A DNA stretch of 64,000 bases, taken from IMG/VR virus record IMGVR_UViG_2597490202_000002, positions 21,372 through 85,371 of that record, one strand, 5' to 3'. Below the pieces are notes generated by a model. That model was not told the DNA's origin, searched no databases, and saw nothing but the letters and a program-made list of their open reading frames with translations. The stretch comes from a virus. Its lineage: Duplodnaviria > Caudoviricetes. A program made the position numbers and the translations under genes. Shown one piece after another: positions 27,806 to 36,679 of the stretch. How positions within the stretch are numbered: the first letter of the stretch is position 1; each line of letters starts with the position of its first letter.

Positions 27806-28069
27806 TTAAAAATTAAACCCCTGCCCGTGTGTTACGACCTTTTCGATTTCTTCGTAGCGGCGGACGTTAAATTTCTCAAACTCTAATACTTTGACTAGGC
27901 TTTCTGCTTTAGCCTTGAGTTGTTCGAGTTCTTGCTGTTGTTTGAAATTCTGTGCGACAAGTTCTGAAATGTGTTCGTTTGCTCGAATAACGGCAAGGGC
28001 TTGCCGTGAGCAGAGTGTTATATAATAGTTTAACTGCTTACGCAGTTTGAAAGGATTGAGGGTTTTCAT
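27806..28069 (-). CDS. Hypothetical coiled-coil phage protein
   Basis: AAGGA RBS; in early leftward operon. Confidence 0.6.
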   Translation of the reverse strand: MKTLNPFKLRKQLNYYITLCSRQALAVIRANEHISELVAQNFKQQQELEQLKAKAESLVKVLEFEKFNVRRYEEIEKVVTHGQGFNF

Positions 28070-28092
28070 AGTGGTTCCTTTGGTCAATCGAG

Positions 28093-28812
28093 TTAGTTAA
28101 GAATTCTACTTTGAGCAACTTCGATCAGTAGTTTGTATTCGTGATGGGTCTTGTCATCGTGGACTTCTTTTGATTTTGATAAAAACTCGTCCACCGTGCC
28201 TGTAAAGCAACCACGAGTAACAATTAACCCAAATTTTCCATTAAAGACCGTAAGCGTTCCATTTTCTGAGCCTACATTACTTGCCCAAAAAATCATTTTG
28301 CGTTCAGAGATAACTGCAAAAGATCTCACCCGAGCATCACCGAACACCCGAGCGATATCGTACACCCGAGCATCACCGCACACCCCAGCGTTACCGTACA
28401 CGCAAGCGTCACCGTACACCCGAGCATCACCGAACACCCAAGCGTTACCGAACACCCAAGCCTTACCGTACACCCCAGCGTTACCGTACACGCAAGCGTT
28501 ACCGAACACCCAAGCCTTACCGTACACCCGAGCATTACCGTACACCCGAGCATTACCGTACACCCAAGCATTATCGTACACCCCAGCGTTACCGTACACG
28601 CAAGCGTCACCGCACACCCGAGCATTATCGTACACCCAAGCATTACCGCTATGATCTAAATTCTTTTCGGTTTCGATATAACCGCCTAATTGGCCTGCTC
28701 CAACTAAACCAAATGTAATAAGTGCTTTAATTCGATAGAGCGTTCTGCCTAAATGTTCTACTGTGTCATCTTTGAGTAGTTCGTATTTCTTTTGTGTAGT
28801 TTGTTCTGTCAT
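28093..28812 (-). CDS. Hexapeptide-repeat (left-handed beta-helix-like) phage protein
   Basis: LYRIKAL..GGYIE.E.NL, GNA.VY repeats, RGCF.GT. Confidence 0.82.
   Translation of the reverse strand: MTEQTTQKKYELLKDDTVEHLGRTLYRIKALITFGLVGAGQLGGYIETEKNLDHSGNAWVYDNARVCGDACVYGNAGVYDNAWVYGNARVYGNARVYGKAWVFGNACVYGNAGVYGKAWVFGNAWVFGDARVYGDACVYGNAGVCGDARVYDIARVFGDARVRSFAVISERKMIFWASNVGSENGTLTVFNGKFGLIVTRGCFTGTVDEFLSKSKEVHDDKTHHEYKLLIEVAQSRILN
28328..28650 (-). repeat. 18-bp tandem repeat, about 18 degenerate units, coding GNAxV(Y/F)
   Basis: Repeating ACCGTACACCCGAGCATT-type units. Confidence 0.9.
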
Positions 28813-29031
28813 TTTTAATTTCCTTGCAATAAAAAACCGCCTGTATTGCTACAAGCGGTTGGTTTTCGTGAAAATGTTGCAATAAAAAAGCCACCGTAAA
28901 AACGATGGCTTTTCTTAAAACTTCTTGAGTTTGTCAGTACACTAATCTATAATGCACTTGTTTTCAGCAATGGTGCTGAAAACGAGCTGGGTCCGACCTT
29001 AAATCTAACCCAACTTTTGGAGGGATAACAT

Positions 29032-29091
29032 ATGCTTTACCGCATTATCCTAGTTATCATTCTCTTAGTAATTAGCTTGCCGGCTTACTAA
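29032..29091 (+). CDS. 19-aa Ibs-like type I toxin peptide MLYRIILVIILLVISLPAY
   Basis: GGAGG RBS; resembles IbsC pattern; promoter TTGAGT-17-TATAAT at 28925-28953; antisense promoter at 29168-29140. Confidence 0.7.
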   Translation: MLYRIILVIILLVISLPAY

Positions 29092-29155
29092 GTTGAATGA
29101 ACTAAGCAGGGGGAGAAATCTCCCTGCTCTTCAAAACTGATATTAAGGATTTATT

Positions 29156-29344
29156 ATGGCATTGTCAAGAAGTGAGATTGTGGCTCGCAGTGATGCAAAA
29201 AAGGGGATGCAAGCCAAAACCTATAAACTTCCGCAAGCGTTGGTGGCTGAAATTGAGTTGTTAGCCAAACAGTGCGGTATCTCTCAAGGATTGTTAATTG
29301 CTCAAGCCGTTGAGCTGTTTAAGCAATCGCAGAAAGGGGCGTAA
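29156..29344 (+). CDS. Ribbon-helix-helix-like DNA-binding protein
   Basis: ARSDAKKG..KTYKL..IE.LA...GISQ..I.QAVELF. Confidence 0.72.
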   Translation: MALSRSEIVARSDAKKGMQAKTYKLPQALVAEIELLAKQCGISQGLLIAQAVELFKQSQKGA

Positions 29345-29385
29345 TGCCCTTTATTAAAACGCCCTCAAAACTAAGGGCGTTGCCA

Positions 29386-30000
29386 TTAATTCACTTTCAA
29401 CGCCTTCAGCGTTTCAATAAATTGCGGAATGTACTTATCAAAGGCTTTCATCAACACAGGATCGGGGTTTTCGGTGTGGATAAAAAGCGTTTGTTTTTGA
29501 TATTCAGGGCAGTAGCTGACAAAATCCCAACTGTCATAACCCGTAACCCATAAGGCGACTTGTACCTGTATGATGTACTCGCTGGGTACCACGCCCTCAA
29601 TGATATATTTGATGTGGGTTTTCATTTTGGGGCATTTGATTTCTAAGCCTTTTCGTAAGGTTGGGATAAGTCCATCGGGGCTTACCATCATATCTTTGTC
29701 GGCATTGCGATATACACCACCAACCTGAACAACATCATTGCCTGTGGCGAACTCATACGCCATTCTTGCTTGTTCTTCAAGCTGATTACCTCGCAACATA
29801 TCGCTGGATTTAAAGCCTTCTGTTAAGCCCTCAATGCTTTCTGCGACCAGTTCGGCAAGGTAGCTTGTCCACGCACTTGATTTTTTACCGCTTGGGGTGA
29901 CGATATTTGACACCCCTGTTGCAGTAGGAATACCTAATCGTGCGGTGAGCCATTCTTCTGTGCCTTGCTCACAGTTGAGTGTGATTAGGTTTTCTATCAT
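29386..30000 (-). CDS. exo: Lambda exonuclease/YqaJ family
   Basis: QGT.EW..R.G..TA, SPDGL, LEIKCP, Y..QVQ. Confidence 0.9.
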   Translation of the reverse strand: MIENLITLNCEQGTEEWLTARLGIPTATGVSNIVTPSGKKSSAWTSYLAELVAESIEGLTEGFKSSDMLRGNQLEEQARMAYEFATGNDVVQVGGVYRNADKDMMVSPDGLIPTLRKGLEIKCPKMKTHIKYIIEGVVPSEYIIQVQVALWVTGYDSWDFVSYCPEYQKQTLFIHTENPDPVLMKAFDKYIPQFIETLKALKVN

Positions 30001-30863
30001 AACGGTATATTTTCCCCTAGGTTTTCGCTTTGTGCATGTGATTTATCAACACGCTCATTCAAGATTTTGATTAAATGTTCAGCTTTGTCTTTCGGTAGTT
30101 GATCAAGGCTGTTTACACCATAGTACGCAATAGCTTTGGCGACATCGGTTTGTGTAATTTGGATAAGTTGATCGAGTTGTTGGCGTTGTTCATCAGTGAT
30201 CCTAACAACGCCATCTACATCGATTACGGTTTGTTGTGGTGAAGCTGGATTAATAGGCTCTTCAGTTATCTCATCAGCAGTGATTACACCGCCCAATTCA
30301 TCAGGAAATGCTTTACGCAATGCACCCGCTTCAGCACATTTAGCAAGCTGCCCTCGAGGGCGTTTCGTCCACATTGAATTAACTTTATATTTTCCTGTTC
30401 GTTGTTTGCCTTCCCATATTTCTGTTATTGCACAGGCTTCAGTAAAATACTCAGTATGAGAAAATGCACAGCGTTCACCATTAACAAAACGATAAACAGT
30501 TACTTTGCACCATTCAGGAGCATTCACACCAAGATATTCTATAGTATCGCCAAATACAGGATCATCTTGCCCTGCCATTTGCCTGGTACGAAATGCTGTA
30601 ATTCGTTGTTCATAAATACCCGGCATAATTACATCACGCCATTTTTTTTCTCCTGTTTTTGCATCCGTTACGCTCATTGGCACAATATGACAAGGTTTCT
30701 TGAGAATATCCATTTTACGAGCCTTGCAATAATCAATCGCAAGTAAAATACTTTCGTCTTTCGCACCAGGGAAAATGCTGTTTTGTAATGTACTCCATAC
30801 TGCGTGGTCTATGCCACGTTCAGAAAGTGCGGTTTGAATGTTGGATGGTAAGTTTGTTGTCAT
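29997..30863 (-). CDS. bet: Single-strand annealing recombinase Bet
   Basis: YCKAR..D..KKP.HIVP; MW.KRP..QL.KCAEA.ALRKAFP. Confidence 0.9.
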   Translation of the reverse strand: MTTNLPSNIQTALSERGIDHAVWSTLQNSIFPGAKDESILLAIDYCKARKMDILKKPCHIVPMSVTDAKTGEKKWRDVIMPGIYEQRITAFRTRQMAGQDDPVFGDTIEYLGVNAPEWCKVTVYRFVNGERCAFSHTEYFTEACAITEIWEGKQRTGKYKVNSMWTKRPRGQLAKCAEAGALRKAFPDELGGVITADEITEEPINPASPQQTVIDVDGVVRITDEQRQQLDQLIQITQTDVAKAIAYYGVNSLDQLPKDKAEHLIKILNERVDKSHAQSENLGENIPL

Positions 30864-30872
30864 AATTTATCC

Positions 30873-31805
30873 TTATTTTGCTTTATTAAGTGAAACACAA
30901 TCCCCAAACTTCGCTTTAAGCTCACGAGCAATATTAACAGCTTGGGATTGAATGGTTTGATTTAATCGAATGGTTATCACAAAATCCCCTAAAGGCTCTG
31001 TGGTTTCCGTTTTTGCAAAATCCTGTGGATTTTCGACCGCTTGTTGCTGTGCCATTTCATCTGCAATAGCTTTTGCCTCCGCTTGAACTTTTTCCGCCTC
31101 AGCTTTTGCTTTAGCCTCTTGTTCTGCCTTGGCTTTAATTTCCGCCTCTCTCTGTTCTTCTTCGGCAATGCGTTGCTGAATGATTGGCTCTAACTCATCA
31201 TCTCCTGCAATCAACATTAACCAGTCTTTAAACAGGTATTCGTAATGAATTGGAATGAGCTTTCTGCGTGCAGAAATTCGAGCTGCCTCTGCTCCGATTT
31301 CTGCGGTAATGGCGGTTTCTTCGGCGTTCACCGCACTTGTTAAAGTTGCCAGTGTACTTCTACGTTTAGTCGCATCTTCAAGGCGTTTTTTGATATTTTC
31401 CTTTGGAATATTACGCTCAAGGGCAAGCGATACATCGCTTTCGTGACTGCCTTTGATTGTTAAAATTCGTTCAAAGGCTTGAGAGATAATACTTTCTTTA
31501 ATCTCTGCTTTTCGGTTTTTGACCACTTTTTCACGGTTTAAACGTTCTTGTCTGAAACGTTCAGCGATTTGTTCTGCTGTCGAAATTAACTCTGCGATTT
31601 CTCCGCTATGCGTTTGTTCAATCGCTGTGCGGATTTTATCTTCAATTTCTTTAAGCTCTTTCACTTCGCTATCTGCCTTAGCAAAATCGTCATCGGTTTC
31701 AAAGGTGGTCGTGAGCGTTGCAAGGTAGGCGTTAGCTTGTTCTTCAAAGGTTTTGATGTTGGTTGAAAGGACTTTGCTTTCGGTGGATAGAATTAGGTCT
31801 AGCAT
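30873..31805 (-). CDS. Coiled-coil protein associated with recombination genes
   Basis: 310-aa ORF directly upstream of bet. Confidence 0.78.
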   Translation of the reverse strand: MLDLILSTESKVLSTNIKTFEEQANAYLATLTTTFETDDDFAKADSEVKELKEIEDKIRTAIEQTHSGEIAELISTAEQIAERFRQERLNREKVVKNRKAEIKESIISQAFERILTIKGSHESDVSLALERNIPKENIKKRLEDATKRRSTLATLTSAVNAEETAITAEIGAEAARISARRKLIPIHYEYLFKDWLMLIAGDDELEPIIQQRIAEEEQREAEIKAKAEQEAKAKAEAEKVQAEAKAIADEMAQQQAVENPQDFAKTETTEPLGDFVITIRLNQTIQSQAVNIARELKAKFGDCVSLNKAK

Positions 31806-31819
31806 TTTAAAATCTCTCT

Positions 31820-31957
31820 TTAGTCAATAAAATGATTAATATCAGGGTCTTTACAAGCTTTTGCATAACGTTTCCAGACGGGCAAGTCTGTGTCATCGTC
31901 ATCATCCCTGTCGTATTCGTAATTTTCTTTTGCGATAGCTCGTTCAAGGTCGTCCAT
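31820..31957 (-). CDS. 45-aa acidic protein MDDLERAIAKENYEYDRDDDDD...
   Basis: AGGAG upstream; fills the operon gap. Confidence 0.5.
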   Translation of the reverse strand: MDDLERAIAKENYEYDRDDDDDTDLPVWKRYAKACKDPDINHFID

Positions 31958-32483
31958 TCTGTTGCTCCTGTGTTTTCTTCACCATTTCCGCTAATGCTCC
32001 GAACATCTGCGGTTCAAGTACAATCGTGTTGGCGTTGGCTCTTCTGTCTAGCATTAGGCGGACATTGCCGTTTTTATCTACGAGATAGCCATTTAAGCCG
32101 TAAGGGGTAAATGGTTTTCGTTTGGGCTGTGATGGCTTCGGCTTCGGCTCAACTTGTTCTGTTGGTGCTGTTTCAATCTCAACTTGTTCTGTTGGTGCTG
32201 TTTGCTCAACCTGCTCCGCTTCGATAATTGTTCCTTTTAGCCCAACTTTTTTAGTTTGCTCAATTACAATCGGGATATGCCCTTTGATTTCAGGGTAGTG
32301 AGGGATAGCTCTTTTACCGACTAAGCCTTTTTGACTGTTATATCTATCAATGGCTTTGTTTAAATTTCGGATAGCAAGAATTTCCGATGTCATTGGTACG
32401 CCTTGAAACTCTAGATGTTTATCCACCCACATTTCACCGAAGTATTTTTTATTTGGGTTTTGTAAAATTTGAAGTTTGATCAT
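31944..32483 (-). CDS. Hypothetical early protein
   Basis: Coupled ORF with duplicated TAPTEQVE. Confidence 0.7.
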   Translation of the reverse strand: MIKLQILQNPNKKYFGEMWVDKHLEFQGVPMTSEILAIRNLNKAIDRYNSQKGLVGKRAIPHYPEIKGHIPIVIEQTKKVGLKGTIIEAEQVEQTAPTEQVEIETAPTEQVEPKPKPSQPKRKPFTPYGLNGYLVDKNGNVRLMLDRRANANTIVLEPQMFGALAEMVKKTQEQQNGRP

Positions 32484-32800
32484 CTTTTTGCTCCTACAAT
32501 CAGTTTGTTAAGTTGGTTTTGGTTATGTTGTTTAATCAGCTTCACATCTTCACCTGTAACGTTATCAGGCGGTGGAAGATGTAGAGCTAATGCGTTGTAA
32601 TTTACCTCTTCAGGGGTGATTTCAGCTTGTTTGAAGTCATCTTCCGTCCAAATCTTTTCTGCTTGGAAATTGCTTTCTACGGGCAGAGTAGAGACAAGCT
32701 CAGGCTCTTCACAGCCAGTTAAACTTCCGCCTGTCACAAAGGCGATAAGCAAGGCACCGAGTAGGTATTTCAGGTTGAGTTTTTTGATAAGTGTCTTCAT
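32480..32800 (-). CDS. Putative lipoprotein
   Basis: Basic-hydrophobic N-terminus and LTGC lipobox. Confidence 0.6.
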   Translation of the reverse strand: MKTLIKKLNLKYLLGALLIAFVTGGSLTGCEEPELVSTLPVESNFQAEKIWTEDDFKQAEITPEEVNYNALALHLPPPDNVTGEDVKLIKQHNQNQLNKLIVGAKR

Positions 32801-32882
32801 TTTTTATTCCTTTTGTTGAATTTTGGGTGTGAGAAACCACCGCAGGCTTTCGGGGAAAGTGCGGTGGGGTTGGGTTTTGGGT

Positions 32883-33527
32883 TTAATTAAGTTTTAATCG
32901 TGATTTGATACGCTCAAATTCAATCGGGTTACTTTCCTTAAACGGTTCGATAAGGCGTTTAAGGATTGGTAAGTTTTCATCAATGAGGCGTTTGTACTCT
33001 CGATGATGGCTGTACACCGCAGGGTGGAAGTTTGAGCCGATGGCTGCTAGGGGTTGTTCGAGTTCGCCTAGTAGGTCGTTCATATTGCGGTGTGAGATAA
33101 GTAACCAAACGAGGCTGTAGATTTCCGCACCGGTAAACGATGCCGGATAGCGGACTTCGGGTTTTACAAGCGGTTGGTTTTGTTGTTCATTTTGCAAAAT
33201 TTCACGGTCGAGAATATCCAGCACCCATTTGCGGAACTCTTTGGCGACTTTGGTTCGGGCGAACATTGCGATTAGGTGACAACCACGCAGACTGAAAATT
33301 CTCTGCTCAATTTGGCGGTTAGAACCGTTAATGCCATTCGTAGTCAAATTGACTACGGTTGTCATATCGGCAGTAAATTCATCAGCATTTCTTTCATAAA
33401 TTTTAGCAATAGAATTAGTATGTTGATATTGTAAAGCTAATGCTAAATCACTTGATGAAATATAAGTTTGGTTGTTACGTTGGATCGCAGTTAATGCTAC
33501 GTTTTGGAAAGTAAGTTGATTTGACAT
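32883..33527 (-). CDS. Antirepressor (BRO-like N-terminus, P22 Ant-like C-terminus)
   Basis: RIFSLRGCHLIAMFART.VAKEFRKWVLDILD. Confidence 0.85.
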   Translation of the reverse strand: MSNQLTFQNVALTAIQRNNQTYISSSDLALALQYQHTNSIAKIYERNADEFTADMTTVVNLTTNGINGSNRQIEQRIFSLRGCHLIAMFARTKVAKEFRKWVLDILDREILQNEQQNQPLVKPEVRYPASFTGAEIYSLVWLLISHRNMNDLLGELEQPLAAIGSNFHPAVYSHHREYKRLIDENLPILKRLIEPFKESNPIEFERIKSRLKLN

Positions 33528-33529
33528 AA

Positions 33530-33740
33530 TTTTGTACCTTTCGTTTTAGTTCAGTAGTCGATCACTTAGTAGGTGATCGGGCTTCAACTACCAACGAAAG
33601 ATGGCGGAGCTTATTTCCACAAGGGTATTGTATTAGGCTCTCTCGACCCGATCATAACTGATCGCTACCTAAATTTTAGGTACAAAAAAAACCGCTTTGT
33701 ATCGGAGCGAGTAACCGACTTTCGTTGTGTAGTGCGGTTA
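33530..33740 (-). ncRNA. C4-like antisense RNA locus with target boxes, copy 2
   Basis: Same core as copy 1 with boxes AACGAAAG/CTTTCGTT. Confidence 0.6.
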
Positions 33741-33769
33741 TCTTAATCCGAAGTAGCGGTTTTTGTCAA
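33740..33769 (-). promoter_or_regulatory. Cassette promoter F (TTGACA-18-TAAGAT)
   Basis: One of seven related promoters. Confidence 0.7.
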
Positions 33770-33775
33770 TGGGAT

Positions 33776-34489
33776 TTACTCTGTTTCCGAGATTTTAAAT
33801 TGAACAGCAACGAGAGAGTAATCATCAATAGGTGATTTCTCTATTCTTTTTTGTAAGGTTGCTGAAAATTTCACAATGCTATTCATCGTTTTTTCAGAGA
33901 AGCGTGGGCGATGTTCCCAAAAATGATGAGCACCGTCTGACATAATGTAGATGGAGACCTCATTATTCTCATCCTTAATTTCTGACATCGGAATAAAGAA
34001 TTCATCTGGTTTCATTTCGACTTGTGTAGAAATTGCCGTGGTGATGACATTTTTTCCTGATAGCTCTTTTAATTCTTTCTTTGTATAGATTTTTTCATCA
34101 AATAACTTTTGATGAGTTGTGTGATCTTTCGTTTTTTGGCGAAGTTTATTACCTTGCTTTATATATAGACGACAGTCACCAATATGCCCTATGCACAATC
34201 CTTCTTGTGTTAAATAACCAAATGTTAAGGTTGTAGATGCTTGGTTATATTCTGGGTCAAGTTTTTTAATTTCAGCCAAACTAGCGGAAAATACATTATT
34301 GTAAGCTAGTTCTAGGTTTTTGATCGCGATTCTGGAGGCAATTTCTCCGCCTTTGTATCCTCCAACACCATCAGCCACTGCAAATAAGTAACCGTTATTG
34401 TGTTTAGTGCAAGATAGAATATGATCTTGATTTTGCCGTATTTGTTCTTTTGGAAAAGAGAATGATGCACTAGCAATTAAGTTAATCAT
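33776..34489 (-). CDS. PP2C/PPM-family protein phosphatase
   Basis: NQD, VADGVGG, GDCRLY, DHT, SDG, DDYS motifs. Confidence 0.92.
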   Translation of the reverse strand: MINLIASASFSFPKEQIRQNQDHILSCTKHNNGYLFAVADGVGGYKGGEIASRIAIKNLELAYNNVFSASLAEIKKLDPEYNQASTTLTFGYLTQEGLCIGHIGDCRLYIKQGNKLRQKTKDHTTHQKLFDEKIYTKKELKELSGKNVITTAISTQVEMKPDEFFIPMSEIKDENNEVSIYIMSDGAHHFWEHRPRFSEKTMNSIVKFSATLQKRIEKSPIDDYSLVAVQFKISETE

Positions 34490-34493
34490 TGAA

Positions 34494-35252
34494 TTATTCC
34501 CCCATCAAATGATTTATATCATTAATAATTTCTTGCACTGACATATACCTATCTTTAGGTTTTCTAGCTGTACATTTTTGCATGATTTTATCATATTTAG
34601 AGTCTAGCTGTAATTCTTCCATTACAACACCGATAGCAAAAATATCAGATTGTATTGAATAATCACCGCCACTTAAAATTTCTGGCGACATATACTGTGA
34701 TGTCCCCATTTTTTGTCCAATTTGCGTAAGAGCAGTAGATGCACTATTTAGATTTTTGATTAATCCAAAATCTGAGAGCTTATATTCTCCATTTGGATAT
34801 TTTAGAATGTTTTCAGGTTTTATATCTCTGTGAAGGAACCCTTTTTTATGGAGATAATTCAGTCCAGATAGCACCATTTTCAATATATTCAATTTGTCTG
34901 AATAACTAAGTCTTTGAGAACTATCCAAATAGCTGTTTTTCTCAAGCGTATCTGCTAAACTTTCTTCTGCAAGTTCCATAATAAACCAAGGCTGTTCTCC
35001 AAGAGAATACATACAAATATGGACAATATTACTATGAAAACATTCTGCTTGATATATTACTTCTCTCTTGAAACGTTCTTTATATTCATCAAGTTCTTGT
35101 GAATTTTGTACTCTAGGTGAAAAATGCTTTCGTGCGAATTCTTTAGATATTGTTTTTGATTTATTATAGACGGCAACTCTTTCTACCGTTCCAAAACTAC
35201 CATTACCAATTTTATCGACAGGCTTTATCCAATAATTTCTAAATTCTTCCAT
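34494..35252 (-). CDS. Hanks-type Ser/Thr protein kinase
   Basis: GNGSFG, HRDIKPEN, DFG, GT..YMSPE, DIFAIG. Confidence 0.95.
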   Translation of the reverse strand: MEEFRNYWIKPVDKIGNGSFGTVERVAVYNKSKTISKEFARKHFSPRVQNSQELDEYKERFKREVIYQAECFHSNIVHICMYSLGEQPWFIMELAEESLADTLEKNSYLDSSQRLSYSDKLNILKMVLSGLNYLHKKGFLHRDIKPENILKYPNGEYKLSDFGLIKNLNSASTALTQIGQKMGTSQYMSPEILSGGDYSIQSDIFAIGVVMEELQLDSKYDKIMQKCTARKPKDRYMSVQEIINDINHLMGE

Positions 35253-35270
35253 ACGTTTTCCTTCAGAGCA

Positions 35271-35342
35271 GATACAAAAAAAGCCGTTGGTAGACGGCTT
35301 GAAAGTACAGTTATCTTAATCCGAATGGGCCGTAGGCGTCAA
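35271..35342 (-). promoter_or_regulatory. Cassette promoter G (TTGACG-18-TAAGAT) with leader terminator
   Basis: Same AAGCCGT..ACGGCTT hairpin as B and E. Confidence 0.65.
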
Positions 35343-35384
35343 TCCCACAGACTGAAATCCCCTTGTTTAGCGGGTGATTTTTCG

Positions 35385-36026
35385 TTAAGCCCAAAGCAAT
35401 TCAGCCAATCGCACTTTTTCTTTAAATTCATTGACGGATTTTTTAGCGTACGTCAATGAATAAGAATGTTCTCGTTTTTCAGGGAATTTTTTTAGGTCCG
35501 AATGTTTGTCTTCTGCCTCTTTTAGCTTATGTTTGAAATACTCAAGACTTTCAGGCATGGATAAATCAATTTTTTCAGCCATGGATTCCCAGTATGCAAT
35601 TTTATCGGCATAACTTTCGGCTTTTTTCATTTCTTCAACAGCCTTATCCATTCTTTTAGCATTACGTTCAATCAAAGCTCTGTGTCGTTTTTCGCTGTGA
35701 TGTCCGATTTTTATTGGCTCAGCAAGACTTAAAAAGTCACGCCCCTCATTAGCCGCCTCACAATATTGATTACTGCGTTTTGCGGCGTTATCAGCATATT
35801 CTTGATAACGTTGTGCTTTCGCTGTGGCTCGAGCTTGACTATCCAACCCATCACAACGCACAAAAGAGTAAAAATAAAATCCCCCTTGTTGTTTAACGAG
35901 GTTGTGTATTTCAACCTCTGTTTCATTGCCGTATTTACTTGTCACGGTAATAATTTCGTTCTTTTCGTGCTGCTCTTGGCATTTTGCTAAAAATACGTTT
36001 GGGCAGAACTTTGCATATGTATTCAT
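35385..36026 (-). CDS. DUF3560-like phage protein
   Basis: EPIKIGHHSEKRHR motif. Confidence 0.82.
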   Translation of the reverse strand: MNTYAKFCPNVFLAKCQEQHEKNEIITVTSKYGNETEVEIHNLVKQQGGFYFYSFVRCDGLDSQARATAKAQRYQEYADNAAKRSNQYCEAANEGRDFLSLAEPIKIGHHSEKRHRALIERNAKRMDKAVEEMKKAESYADKIAYWESMAEKIDLSMPESLEYFKHKLKEAEDKHSDLKKFPEKREHSYSLTYAKKSVNEFKEKVRLAELLWA

Positions 36027-36203
36027 TTTTTTACCTCAAAAAAACACCCACCTGTTACAGTGGGCTAACGTAGCGGATCATCATTATGATTACGGGTGTT
36101 TTAAGTGCTTACCGCATACACTTTTGTTTGTTGCCATTCAGAACCGCTCTCCAAGACAATCAAGGAGAAAATTGTCTAGTGTTAGCAAGAGAACGGTTTT
36201 GAA

Positions 36204-36280
36204 TGGCGACCGCAGAGAGACTCGAACTCTCAACCTACTGCTTAGAAGGCAGTTGCTCTATCCGATTGAGCTATGCGGTC
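36204..36280 (-). tRNA. tRNA-Arg(UCU)
   Basis: Cloverleaf GACCGCA/TGCGGTC, anticodon loop CTTCTAA, TTCGAGT T-loop, encoded CCA. Confidence 0.93.
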
Positions 36281-36443
36281 GATTTTACTTGCGTTTGTGC
36301 TACCTGATTCACTGCCAGTGCTTAACCTTTCCACAAGTAATCACACCGCTTGAGCTATGGCTTTCACATAGCTTGTTGATACCATCTCACCTTTGGCAAG
36401 CGGTGCGTTTTTGTCTAAATTGTGTCGAGATGAAATAATGGAA

Positions 36444-36665
36444 TTAGCCGCCTTTTTGGAGTAATCTACGCATTAACCTTGCTATTTTTGAAAGCGGGTT
36501 TTCAGGGATATATACTGAAAGATGTATCTCGCCATCAACGGTCGCTTGGGACATTGCTTTGACTTTTTCTTGCGCCTCTTCAAATGAGTTGGCATAAACT
36601 TCTGTTGCCCACTTCTTTCCGCCGAAGCTATAAGAAACAGCATAGCATTTCATTTTTTCTTGCAT
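36444..36665 (-). CDS. Hypothetical phage protein
   Basis: Y.VSY.F.GKKW...VYA.SFEEA...V.AM..A..DG. Confidence 0.65.
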   Translation of the reverse strand: MQEKMKCYAVSYSFGGKKWATEVYANSFEEAQEKVKAMSQATVDGEIHLSVYIPENPLSKIARLMRRLLQKGG

Positions 36666-36679
36666 AAGGAGTTACCTCT

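Noticed and set aside
28328-28650. Possible CRISPR array or overlapping genes in three open frames
   Set aside because: The units are contiguous 18-mers without unique spacers, no cas gene is present, and the extra ORFs result from a stop-free coding repeat
28851-28859. Recurrent ACAAGCGGT as a phage-specific repeat
   Set aside because: Matches the known Actinobacillus-type DNA uptake signal sequence, so it is used only as a host-clade hint
32151-32203. 30-bp tandem duplication (TAPTEQVE)
   Set aside because: Two copies in a low-complexity linker with no sign of function
36204-36280. tRNA as the prophage attachment site
   Set aside because: No adjacent integrase and no duplicated tRNA 3' end seen in the window
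35902-36438. 178-aa plus-strand ORF
   Set aside because: Antisense to the tRNA and the DUF3560-like gene, with no protein-like features
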